DNA from: Candidatus Nomurabacteria bacterium
Lineage (GTDB): Bacteria; Patescibacteriota; Minisyncoccia; Phycocordibacterales; UBA9973
Assembly (NCBI GenBank): GCA_026396065.1
Contig: JAPLXO010000004.1
Span: 18,387 to 82,386 of the forward strand
Length of the DNA stretch: 64,000 nt
Direction: 5' to 3'
Of this stretch, positions 48,865 through 58,041 are shown piece after piece (the stretch's first letter is position 1; the number at the start of each line of letters is the position of its first letter). Below the pieces are notes generated by a model. That model saw only the letters and a program-made list of their open reading frames with translations, made no database searches and was not told the DNA's origin. A program made the translations under genes and the position numbers.

Positions 48865-49692
48865 ATGGAAAATAAAACAAAAATACACAAAGCAAAAAAA
48901 TCATTAGGGCAAAACTTTTTAAAATCAGTTCCTGCACTCACAGCAATAGTGAAATCTGGTGAGATTAATAATGCTGATACTATTTTAGAAATTGGTCCGG
49001 GTAAAGGAGCATTGACTGAAAAACTTTTGGAAGTTGCAGGAAAAGTTATTGCTGTAGAAAAAGATCGTGACCTTTTAGAATTTTTACAAACAAAATTTTC
49101 AGAAGAAATAAAAAATAAAAAACTGATTTTAATTAATGAAGATATTTTAGAATATAATTTAAAAATAAAAAATTACAAAATTATCGCAAATATTCCATAC
49201 AACATTACCGGAGCAATTTTGAAAAAGTTTTTAACAGATGAAAATCAACCAGAGAGAATGGTATTAATGGTGCAAAATGAAGTGGCAAAAAGAATTGTAG
49301 CCCGTGATGGAAGTGAAAGTATTTTATCAATTTCCGTAAAAGCATATGGAAACCCAAAAATTATTATGAAGGTGCCTGCACGATATTTTTCACCAGCACC
49401 AAAAGTAGACTCTGCAATTATTGCTATCACAAATATAAATAGAAATAATTTTCACCCCATCCCAACCTCCCCCTTAGCAAAGGGGGAGGGGAATTCTTTG
49501 GAAGAAAAATTCTGGAAAATAGTAAAAGCTGGCTTTGCTCATAAAAGAAAAATGTTAATGGGAAATTTAAAAGAATTTGATAAAAAAATAGATTGGCTCA
49601 GTATATTAACTAAGTTAAACATATCAATAAAATCTCGTGCAGAAGAATTGACACTAAACAATTGGCTTGAAATTACAAAAATGGTACAATAA
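48865..49692 (+). CDS. rsmA: 16S rRNA dimethyladenosine transferase
   Basis: KKSLGQNFL, LEIGPGKG, ANIPYNI, F.PAPKVDSA. Confidence 0.96.
   Translation: MENKTKIHKAKKSLGQNFLKSVPALTAIVKSGEINNADTILEIGPGKGALTEKLLEVAGKVIAVEKDRDLLEFLQTKFSEEIKNKKLILINEDILEYNLKIKNYKIIANIPYNITGAILKKFLTDENQPERMVLMVQNEVAKRIVARDGSESILSISVKAYGNPKIIMKVPARYFSPAPKVDSAIIAITNINRNNFHPIPTSPLAKGEGNSLEEKFWKIVKAGFAHKRKMLMGNLKEFDKKIDWLSILTKLNISIKSRAEELTLNNWLEITKMVQ
49453..49491. repeat. In-frame C/G-tract palindrome in rsmA
   Basis: CACCCCATCCCAACCTCCCCCTT-agca-AAGGGGGAGGGG, translated HPIPTSPLAKGEG. Confidence 0.75.
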
Positions 49693-49696
49693 CTAC

Positions 49697-50206
49697 ATGA
49701 AAAAAGGTTTTTATATTTTAATTTTGACAGCTTTCATTTTAATGATTGGTATCAATGTGCATAAAAAAATCGACCAAGTATATGCGTCTGAAGGTGGAGA
49801 TACCGGTGGATCTTCTGACCAGCTTATGGCTGGAGAAATACAAGATTGGCAAGGAACTAGTGGACTAGTATCAAGAGAAATAGAAAGTTATGAAAATGCA
49901 GAATATACATGCATGATGGAAGGTACATCTATTACAATAACACCAATGGGTGAATTGGAAGGTGAACCAAAAGATTATTTTATACCTTCTGATGTTAATT
50001 CAGAAACTGGAAATACTCTACAGTCTGGAGAAATAATTATTGGTCTTTACCAGGGTACCACAGAAATTACCTGCCAACAAGACTATGAGCCTTGGGATAG
50101 TGTACAAGTAAAATTAAACACAATAAACTTTTTTGGTAATTCTCCATACATATCTCCAGCATCAGCCGGGGGTGGAGATATGTCAACGACAAACGGAACT
50201 GCATAA
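49697..50206 (+). CDS. Hypothetical exported acidic protein
   Basis: MKKGFYILILTAFILMIG signal; two Cys. Confidence 0.75.
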   Translation: MKKGFYILILTAFILMIGINVHKKIDQVYASEGGDTGGSSDQLMAGEIQDWQGTSGLVSREIESYENAEYTCMMEGTSITITPMGELEGEPKDYFIPSDVNSETGNTLQSGEIIIGLYQGTTEITCQQDYEPWDSVQVKLNTINFFGNSPYISPASAGGGDMSTTNGTA

Positions 50207-50219
50207 TTATATTTTAAAA

Positions 50220-51176
50220 ATGATACAAATTAACAAAGAAAAAATTTCAAAGTATTTACCAAGTAAAAAGATAGCAATAATAGGCATTATTTGTATTGTC
50301 GTATTGACAATACTATATTTTTTCTTTCATGCATCACAAAAAGCAAAATATTTATCAGAAAATGAAAAAAATTCTTTATTATTAAACATTGGGAATAGCA
50401 CTATCAATGATCTTGTAGCAAAAGACTCAGATGGTGATGGCATACAAGACTGGCAAGAAAACCTTTGGGGTACAGACAAAAATAATACAAATACATTTAA
50501 TGGTATTTCAGATGCAGATTATATAGCAAAGAAAAAAGAAGGGTTAAATACAGCGGAAGATACTGCTGGTGTAAATCTTACAGAAACAGAAAAATTCTCT
50601 AGAGAATTTTTCTCTGCTTTTACAGCAATGAAAACTACAGAAGGAGTAGATGTAAACTTAGTAAATAATTTTGCTGAATCTTTAGGGCAAAACCTAGTAA
50701 ATCCATCTATTATAGATAAGTATACTGACAAAGATATTAAAAAAGATGACAGTGGAGATCAAGCACAGAGAGAAGAATATTATCTTTTAGTAGCTGAAAC
50801 ATATGATAAATACCAAGCTAAGGGTATGGGGAAAGAGCTAGAAATATTAGGTGACTCTTTGGCTACGTATTCAGCGACAGGAACACCAGACTCAGTAGAT
50901 GAATTAGAAAGTTTTGCTACAGCTTATCAAGATTTTGCATCAGAGCTTATGACACTTTCTGTACCAGCAGACCTAGCTACATATCATTTAAAAATAGTAA
51001 ATAGTGCAAATAACACAGGCATAAGTGTCAGCCATATGGCAAAAATCATAAATGATCCTATCGTAGCTGTATCTGGTCTTGCAGAATATCAAAAATACGA
51101 AGAAGCTTTCACCTTGGCAGCAAATGCTCTGGAGACAACATTACCCAAAGATGCTACAATAAGTATTGGAATTTAG
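50220..51176 (+). CDS. Membrane-anchored protein with a Ca-binding-like DSDGDG motif
   Basis: TM near N-terminus; DSDGDGIQDWQE.LWGTD. Confidence 0.8.
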   Translation: MIQINKEKISKYLPSKKIAIIGIICIVVLTILYFFFHASQKAKYLSENEKNSLLLNIGNSTINDLVAKDSDGDGIQDWQENLWGTDKNNTNTFNGISDADYIAKKKEGLNTAEDTAGVNLTETEKFSREFFSAFTAMKTTEGVDVNLVNNFAESLGQNLVNPSIIDKYTDKDIKKDDSGDQAQREEYYLLVAETYDKYQAKGMGKELEILGDSLATYSATGTPDSVDELESFATAYQDFASELMTLSVPADLATYHLKIVNSANNTGISVSHMAKIINDPIVAVSGLAEYQKYEEAFTLAANALETTLPKDATISIGI

Positions 51177-51209
51177 AAAAACAACACAAGTATAATTTTG
51201 CAAACTTAA

Positions 51210-54107
51210 ATGATTTCTATTAATAAAATATTTAAAAATATACTTTACTCAATTCTTTTAATAAACATCGTAATGATGCCTTATTTTGCATTAATACCTG
51301 ATGCTTATGCCTTTAACTTAACAAGTGGTGAACAATCAAACATAAAAGGTATCGCTGGATATATACATTACCTAGCACCAAAAATAGTAAGACTGCCTGG
51401 ATGTAGAGACATCATAGGAGTAGGTAATGGTGCCATTTTTGCTAAAATAAAAAATTCAGCTCTTGGAAAGAAGATTACAAAAAAATTAAATGACAAAATA
51501 AAAACAACAGCATCAAGCGCCCTAAGTAAAGCTGCTGGAAAATTGGGTGTAGGTTCTAAAAGTATAAAAGTCTCTCTTATCGAGACTGATCGTCAGCTTT
51601 TGTCAGATACAGCAGACAATACAGGAGACACTGCAAAAGAAACAAAAAAAATGTCATCAAAACAGCTTTGTCTAGATGGTATTGGTAAGTTAATTGCAAA
51701 ATTACTTCTAAAGAATATGACTATCAGTATGGTGAACTGGATAAATACTGGATATGAAGGCAAGCCATCTTTTGTGCAAAATCCAGGAAAGTTTCTAGAA
51801 AAAATAGGCCAACAAGAAATATTAAAATTTGGTAATGTAGTAGCTGATGTAAAATTATTCCCATATGGAAAAGATTTTATGAGGAATCAAGCTATAGCTG
51901 CCCTTCAAAACACTTTTTCTACTAGGGCACAATCAAACCTGGCTCGGCTTATGGCAGAAGATAGTGGATATACACCAGCTCAATTTAAACTTGATTTCAG
52001 AAATGGTGGATGGGGTGCATGGACAGCCCTCACTCAATCTCCTGGTAATAATGCATTTAGTTTTAATTTAATTGCTTCAGAAGAAATAGCTAAAAAAACA
52101 AAAGGTACTACAGAAGAATACACAGCACCTGGAGTACAAGCAAGGATAAGTATTTCAGATGCACAAGGATTTTTAAATATGGATCGTTGTAAAAAAGAAT
52201 GGATGCAAGAAGAAGATACAATGAATGGCGGAACTAAACTCACTGATCCAGCCAGATATGAAACAAATCATAAAATTACAAGAGCTGAAGAAGCTAAATT
52301 CCAAGCAGAAGGAACTCCTCACACAGGAAATTATGGCCATTGTGCTGAATGGGAAACAGTCACACCTGGTATGATGGTGTCTAATGCTGCAAAAAAAACG
52401 GGTGAGTGGGCAGCAGACAATATCTGGGATGCAAAAGATTTGAATGATTCCCTTATGGTTATATTAGATGCCGTAGTAACCAAATTTACAAGTGACTTGC
52501 AAAGAAAACAAGGTTATGCTGGACTTATTGATGGTGCTGGTTCTTCATCTTCTGATGATTCAAACAACGAGGGAGACTCTTTGACTTCTTATGATCAAAC
52601 AGATAAAGATTTCTCAACAGACGAGATAGAAGGTACTTTCTTAGCAGACAATCCTACTTTCAATGTACGTACAGACATCACACAAGCAATGATAGATGAC
52701 CAGCGTACATTTGTACAAAAACTAAAAGATCAAAATAGAGAACTTTTCTCTACAATTCCTACAAATGGGATTCCATATTTCACTGGTAATTACGGACTAA
52801 TACCAATAGTACACCAGCTTGATTTTTGTATCCCAGGACCACACCCAGGATGGGAAGATGGGGCAGATACAAAACTAGAAAATTTGAAAGATGACAACAT
52901 AGTAGATGTAGGTGGTATGAATTTTATGGAAATTGGTACATTGCTTGGTGGTCAGGAAGCAGAAAGTATGAAAGGGTTGTTGGATGCTAGTATTGCAGGT
53001 AGTATGGCTGATCTTAGTGGTACACTTACACCTGTAAACTTTGATCTTATATATTCACTTGGTAATGGTGGTGTAACTCTTTCACAAGAAGAAGCAAGAA
53101 AATATTATCATCAAAAAATACAAAACATGCTAGGTTTGAATGCACATAAAGATATGGCTATTGAAACTTATGATGACACAATAAATATTATCGATACGGC
53201 ATTCCAAGGATTTTTGCAAGTCGTACACAACGTCTTTAATCCATTAGTAATGCCATCATCACTACGAGAAGCAAATACAGAATTTGAAGCATTAGATAGT
53301 TACAATAAATTATATGAAAATAATAAGACAAATATAGCTACTAAAAATAACACAATAGTGAGACTAATAGGAGTAAAAAATGCAATAGCTACAATAAATG
53401 CTGACCCAAATACACCACCAGGAAGTGCTGCTTCTGAGGCAGCATTGAAGCCTTGGATTTCAGCTTTTGCGAGACTTGCCCCAGACCTAATGACAGGTAA
53501 CGATATCGCAAAAGCAGATGGTATTGTAAAAGATATAATAGATAAAGAAAAATATATTTATAATGAATTGTTGAAAGGTTCTGTAGGTTGTGAACAAGAA
53601 TTGTCAAAACCTGCTACAGCATTAGATCCAAATAAATTACCTCAATTAGTTTTAAATGGAATAAGATTTCCTTACCCACTTCCTGTTTTATATGACTATA
53701 ACAGTATCGGACACCTTGCACCATTACCTGATCCATTAGGTTCAATCCTTTATGATGGCGTAGGAAGTTATACTCCATACACAAACACTCAAGCTTATTG
53801 GAACAAACTTAATCCATATCCAAACCATTACAATGAACCATATAATTCAATGAATGCTATTATTCCATATAATCACTATTGGACAGAATTATCTTGGGCT
53901 GCATTCAACGGTTTCCCTGGTGGACCAGGCGTAAATGAACTTTGTGGATATGTTTTAGCGTATCCAGATACGCACCTGCAACCTACACCATGTGACGGTT
54001 CTTCTGGTCCTACAATAATACACATAAGTGGAGTATTAAATGCCGATTATGCAAATGCAAGTGGTGTTACATTAGATGTACTTGAACATCAATTAGGTTT
54101 GTATTAG
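51210..54107 (+). CDS. Large exported protein of the T4SS-linked cluster
   Basis: 965 aa; signal; VNWINTG..G.P.FVQNP, GGWGAW, TPG, CIPGPHPGW motifs. Confidence 0.8.
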   Translation: MISINKIFKNILYSILLINIVMMPYFALIPDAYAFNLTSGEQSNIKGIAGYIHYLAPKIVRLPGCRDIIGVGNGAIFAKIKNSALGKKITKKLNDKIKTTASSALSKAAGKLGVGSKSIKVSLIETDRQLLSDTADNTGDTAKETKKMSSKQLCLDGIGKLIAKLLLKNMTISMVNWINTGYEGKPSFVQNPGKFLEKIGQQEILKFGNVVADVKLFPYGKDFMRNQAIAALQNTFSTRAQSNLARLMAEDSGYTPAQFKLDFRNGGWGAWTALTQSPGNNAFSFNLIASEEIAKKTKGTTEEYTAPGVQARISISDAQGFLNMDRCKKEWMQEEDTMNGGTKLTDPARYETNHKITRAEEAKFQAEGTPHTGNYGHCAEWETVTPGMMVSNAAKKTGEWAADNIWDAKDLNDSLMVILDAVVTKFTSDLQRKQGYAGLIDGAGSSSSDDSNNEGDSLTSYDQTDKDFSTDEIEGTFLADNPTFNVRTDITQAMIDDQRTFVQKLKDQNRELFSTIPTNGIPYFTGNYGLIPIVHQLDFCIPGPHPGWEDGADTKLENLKDDNIVDVGGMNFMEIGTLLGGQEAESMKGLLDASIAGSMADLSGTLTPVNFDLIYSLGNGGVTLSQEEARKYYHQKIQNMLGLNAHKDMAIETYDDTINIIDTAFQGFLQVVHNVFNPLVMPSSLREANTEFEALDSYNKLYENNKTNIATKNNTIVRLIGVKNAIATINADPNTPPGSAASEAALKPWISAFARLAPDLMTGNDIAKADGIVKDIIDKEKYIYNELLKGSVGCEQELSKPATALDPNKLPQLVLNGIRFPYPLPVLYDYNSIGHLAPLPDPLGSILYDGVGSYTPYTNTQAYWNKLNPYPNHYNEPYNSMNAIIPYNHYWTELSWAAFNGFPGGPGVNELCGYVLAYPDTHLQPTPCDGSSGPTIIHISGVLNADYANASGVTLDVLEHQLGLY

Positions 54108-54145
54108 AAAATTAAAACTTTGTTAGCAAAAGACAGAAAGAAAAA

Positions 54146-57100
54146 ATGAAAAATATATATAAAAAAATAATATTAGCACTGATTGTAATAATAGTTGTAA
54201 CTCTAAGTATAAATAAAATTGCAAATGCTACTGGTGAACCATTAGTCGTTACTGATCCCGCGACTGAACAAACACCAACCACAATGAAAGTTCATGGCTC
54301 GGTAATAAATACAAATTTAGAACATCCATATCTTTGGTTTGAAGTTAGTCAAAGCCAGACAGACCTACTTAGTGGTTTAAATCCGCAGGCAGTCTATGTA
54401 AATGTTGTTGGTTTACCATCATACTCTATGATAGCACCACCAGTATACTCGATTACTCTTGGAAATATTTTTTTTAATTTAACACCTAACACAATATACT
54501 ATTTTAGATTTTGCGCATCAAATCAATACGGTACATATTGTGCAAGTCCTTTAAGTACAGCAACTCTTGTGGGTAATAGTGGTGGTGGTTCTGGTGGTTC
54601 TGGTGGTGGCAATCAAAACAATGCACCTGTAAATATTTCAAATGTAACCACATACGCACCAGCACAAAGTGTCACTGATACTTCTGCAATACTTCACGGC
54701 TCAGCAACAGTTACTGGGGGAGGTAATTCTTCTGGATATTTTCGTTATTCTAAAGTTACAATTCCTCCAATTTCATGTAATGATATTTTCGGTTCAGAAA
54801 TGGTAGCCACAAGGGAAGTGTCTCTTGCTGATTGGGTAAATGGTTCAGATTTTTATAAAAGTATACCAGACACTTCTTTCTCATCTAACAGTACTGCAAA
54901 TAATTTAGAACCAAATACAAAATATGCATATTGTGCAATAGTTTCAAATGATGCCCCAAACAACACTGGTAGACCACCTCAAATAAGGTATGGAGGAGTC
55001 CAAACATTTACTACACTTCCTTGTCCGCTAAACAATCCTACATGTCAATCAATAATTATAAATACAGATGATCCTTTTGTGGTAAATTCTTCTTCTGTAA
55101 ATCTAAACGGAAGTTATAATTCAAACAAAGCTATTAAAACTTGGTTTGAATATAAAAAAGACACAGATTCGAGCTGGATATCAACACCAAAAAATCTTAA
55201 TCAGGCTCAAAGTGCTGGTGAATATAATGCAAATTTATCTAGCTTGACAGCAAGCACACTATACAATGTTCGTGCTGCAGCAGAAGAATACACAAATGGA
55301 GTACTCGTCCCACCTATTTATTATGGTGATGTTGTAAATTTTCAAACCGCTGAACCAGATGGACCAGGAGTAATTGTCGGTGGACCAGAAGATGGTGCTA
55401 CTTATATCCCAGTTTATAATAATGATGATGGTTTGGTAAATGATATTGGTTTAGATAATGGTTCTGGATTAGACAATAATAATGGCAATGGTAACGATAA
55501 TGGTAATGGTTTAGGATCTGATAATGGTAATGGTAATGCTGGAGGTGAAAGCTCACAATGCCCTACACTTACATTGGCAAATGTTCCAAATCAAACAGTT
55601 CAAACCGGGTCAATACTTTCTTTTTCAAACTATGCTTGTGGATCAAATGGACAAGCTGTGACATATACAGCTACAGGATTACCAGCAGGCGCTACACTTA
55701 GCTCATCTGGAATATTTTCTTGGAATACAGGAGCTCTACCAATACCAGCAATAAATACTTATACATTTACAATTAATGCTAGTGCTCATGCAGTAAGTAG
55801 CACAGGTGCTACCACTACTACAATTGTTTATGCAGCACCTATTACTGTGACTGTAGATGTTGTACCAGTTCCACCAGATTGCTCTACTCTTAGAATAAAC
55901 TCAATAGAAAGCCAAACTATTTTCCTAGGTCAAACCGGTATTTTTAATATGAGTTCTTGTGGAGCAAACGGACAAACAGTAACTTATTTACCTACTAATG
56001 GTTTACCGAGTGGAGCAGTATTGACTCCAGCAGGAGCATTTTCATGGACACCATTAGCAAGTCAGATCAATGTTTACAATGTTACTATCAGTGCAAGTAC
56101 ACCTACCCAAGATCCAGTATCGATAACTGTACATATTAATGTTTCTCAATTTAATAGTTCTGGTGGAGGGGGTGGTGGAGGTCAATGTACAAGATTAGCA
56201 TTATCAGCTATAGGTATTCAGACCGTGCAAGCTGGATCTAGTTTAGCTTTCTCTGCTTATGCTTGTGGATCAAACGGAGAAACTGTCACATATCGTGCTA
56301 CAAATTTACCGAGTGGAGCCACATTCACACCAGATGGAATATTTTCTTGGAATACAGATGAAGATCAAGTAGATAGTTATGCAATTGTTATTAGCGCTGA
56401 CACTCCTTCTCAATATGCAGCACCTGTAACAGTACAAATAATAGTGACAGAAATACCTTTAGATTGTCCTGTCTTAAAAATTAATCCAATACAAACTCAA
56501 AATGTTACTGCTGGTCAAAACGTAGCTTTTTACGCAACTGTATGTGGAGATAATGGAGAAGTGGTTACTTATACTATGACTGATTTACCAGACGGAGCAG
56601 GATATAGTCAGCAAGCTGGATTATTTTTATGGACACCTACAACAAATCAAGCAAACAGTACTGGCTATAATGTAAAAGTAAATGCAAATACAAACACACA
56701 AGATGCAACAGAAAAAATAGTGCATATAAATGTTGCTCCAGCTATGAATGGTCTTGGAAATAATAATGGTAGCACAGGGGGTGACAATAGTTCACAATGC
56801 ACAACACTTACATTGGCTAATATTCCAAATCAAACTGTCCAAGCAGGATCAGGTCTATCATTTTCAGCTTATGCATGTGGATCAAATGGACAAGCTGTGA
56901 CATATACAGCTACAGGATTACCAGCAGGCGCTACACTTAGCTCATCTGGAATATTTTCTTGGAATACTACAACACAACAAGTAGGTACTTACACATTTAC
57001 AATTGGTGCCAGTGCTCATGCTGTAAATAGTATGGGAGCTAGTACCTCTACAATTATTTATGCTACACCAATCACTGTTACCATAGATGTAACACCAATC

Positions 57101-57997
57101 CCACTCGACTGCCCAATATTAAGAATTAATCCAATACAAAATCAATCTGTTGTAGTGGGTCAAACAGATGTTTTCAATGTCACTTCTTGTGGATCAAACG
57201 GAGAAACAGTCACATATTCTGCTACAGGATTACCGACAAATGCTACACTCACTCCAGCTGGATATTTTTCTTGGACACCAGTTGCAAGTCAAATTAATAT
57301 TTACAATATTACAATTAATGCAAGGACACCAAACCAAGATACAGTAACAACAAGAGTGCACATCAGTGTCACATTGCCAAGTGTGGGAATCGCTGACAAT
57401 GGAACAATAAGTGGATGTGTAGACACAAATGGAATACTTACTGATTGTATTATTACTGGAGGAGTAAATATTGATGGTACACTTACTGTGACTGTAAATG
57501 GAATAACTTATGTAAATACTGGTGGATCAAATACAAACGGAGTTACTACAGGGGGGACTACAGTAATAATATCTGTAAATGGAAATAGAACTGGAATGCT
57601 AGGAACACCGGGAACAATAGTACCAGCTATTGGTGCAGTAGCTATTCCACCTATAGATGATGTGGTGGGATATCAAGAAGGAATCGAAAATGTTTTCTAT
57701 AGACAAATAGTAGGTAATATTCCTTTTGCAAAACTGTACGGATATAGAGATGGAAATGATTTAAACGTCTTTGCTGGAATTCTTTCTCACACATTCGCAC
57801 AAATGTTTGGTTATGTGAATGGAGGCGGAAGAGAAATTCGAGTTAGTATTGCAAACATTGCTGCATACAGATTAGGATTCAAAAATGGTAGTCTAGCTGT
57901 TTATGAATATTATGACAACCATTTAACAGGTATATCTACACTTACAAGAAACTTCAAGAGTGCTTTTGACTACGAGTACTATTTCAAAAAGAAATAA
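54146..57997 (+). CDS. Surface adhesin-like protein: three FN3-like + six putative Ig/cadherin-like repeats
   Basis: L.PNT.YY motifs; repeated TY.ATGLP.GA.L...G.FSWTP; G/N-rich linkers. Confidence 0.85.
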   Translation: MKNIYKKIILALIVIIVVTLSINKIANATGEPLVVTDPATEQTPTTMKVHGSVINTNLEHPYLWFEVSQSQTDLLSGLNPQAVYVNVVGLPSYSMIAPPVYSITLGNIFFNLTPNTIYYFRFCASNQYGTYCASPLSTATLVGNSGGGSGGSGGGNQNNAPVNISNVTTYAPAQSVTDTSAILHGSATVTGGGNSSGYFRYSKVTIPPISCNDIFGSEMVATREVSLADWVNGSDFYKSIPDTSFSSNSTANNLEPNTKYAYCAIVSNDAPNNTGRPPQIRYGGVQTFTTLPCPLNNPTCQSIIINTDDPFVVNSSSVNLNGSYNSNKAIKTWFEYKKDTDSSWISTPKNLNQAQSAGEYNANLSSLTASTLYNVRAAAEEYTNGVLVPPIYYGDVVNFQTAEPDGPGVIVGGPEDGATYIPVYNNDDGLVNDIGLDNGSGLDNNNGNGNDNGNGLGSDNGNGNAGGESSQCPTLTLANVPNQTVQTGSILSFSNYACGSNGQAVTYTATGLPAGATLSSSGIFSWNTGALPIPAINTYTFTINASAHAVSSTGATTTTIVYAAPITVTVDVVPVPPDCSTLRINSIESQTIFLGQTGIFNMSSCGANGQTVTYLPTNGLPSGAVLTPAGAFSWTPLASQINVYNVTISASTPTQDPVSITVHINVSQFNSSGGGGGGGQCTRLALSAIGIQTVQAGSSLAFSAYACGSNGETVTYRATNLPSGATFTPDGIFSWNTDEDQVDSYAIVISADTPSQYAAPVTVQIIVTEIPLDCPVLKINPIQTQNVTAGQNVAFYATVCGDNGEVVTYTMTDLPDGAGYSQQAGLFLWTPTTNQANSTGYNVKVNANTNTQDATEKIVHINVAPAMNGLGNNNGSTGGDNSSQCTTLTLANIPNQTVQAGSGLSFSAYACGSNGQAVTYTATGLPAGATLSSSGIFSWNTTTQQVGTYTFTIGASAHAVNSMGASTSTIIYATPITVTIDVTPIPLDCPILRINPIQNQSVVVGQTDVFNVTSCGSNGETVTYSATGLPTNATLTPAGYFSWTPVASQINIYNITINARTPNQDTVTTRVHISVTLPSVGIADNGTISGCVDTNGILTDCIITGGVNIDGTLTVTVNGITYVNTGGSNTNGVTTGGTTVIISVNGNRTGMLGTPGTIVPAIGAVAIPPIDDVVGYQEGIENVFYRQIVGNIPFAKLYGYRDGNDLNVFAGILSHTFAQMFGYVNGGGREIRVSIANIAAYRLGFKNGSLAVYEYYDNHLTGISTLTRNFKSAFDYEYYFKKK

Positions 57998-58041
57998 ATT
58001 CCTTTCAAAACATAAATATAGTATAATAGATACATAATTTA

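Noticed and set aside
55637-56967. 92-nt repeat as a DGR TR/VR pair
   Set aside because: Copies are identical and both in-frame in one gene; no adenine-specific differences and no reverse transcriptase in the window
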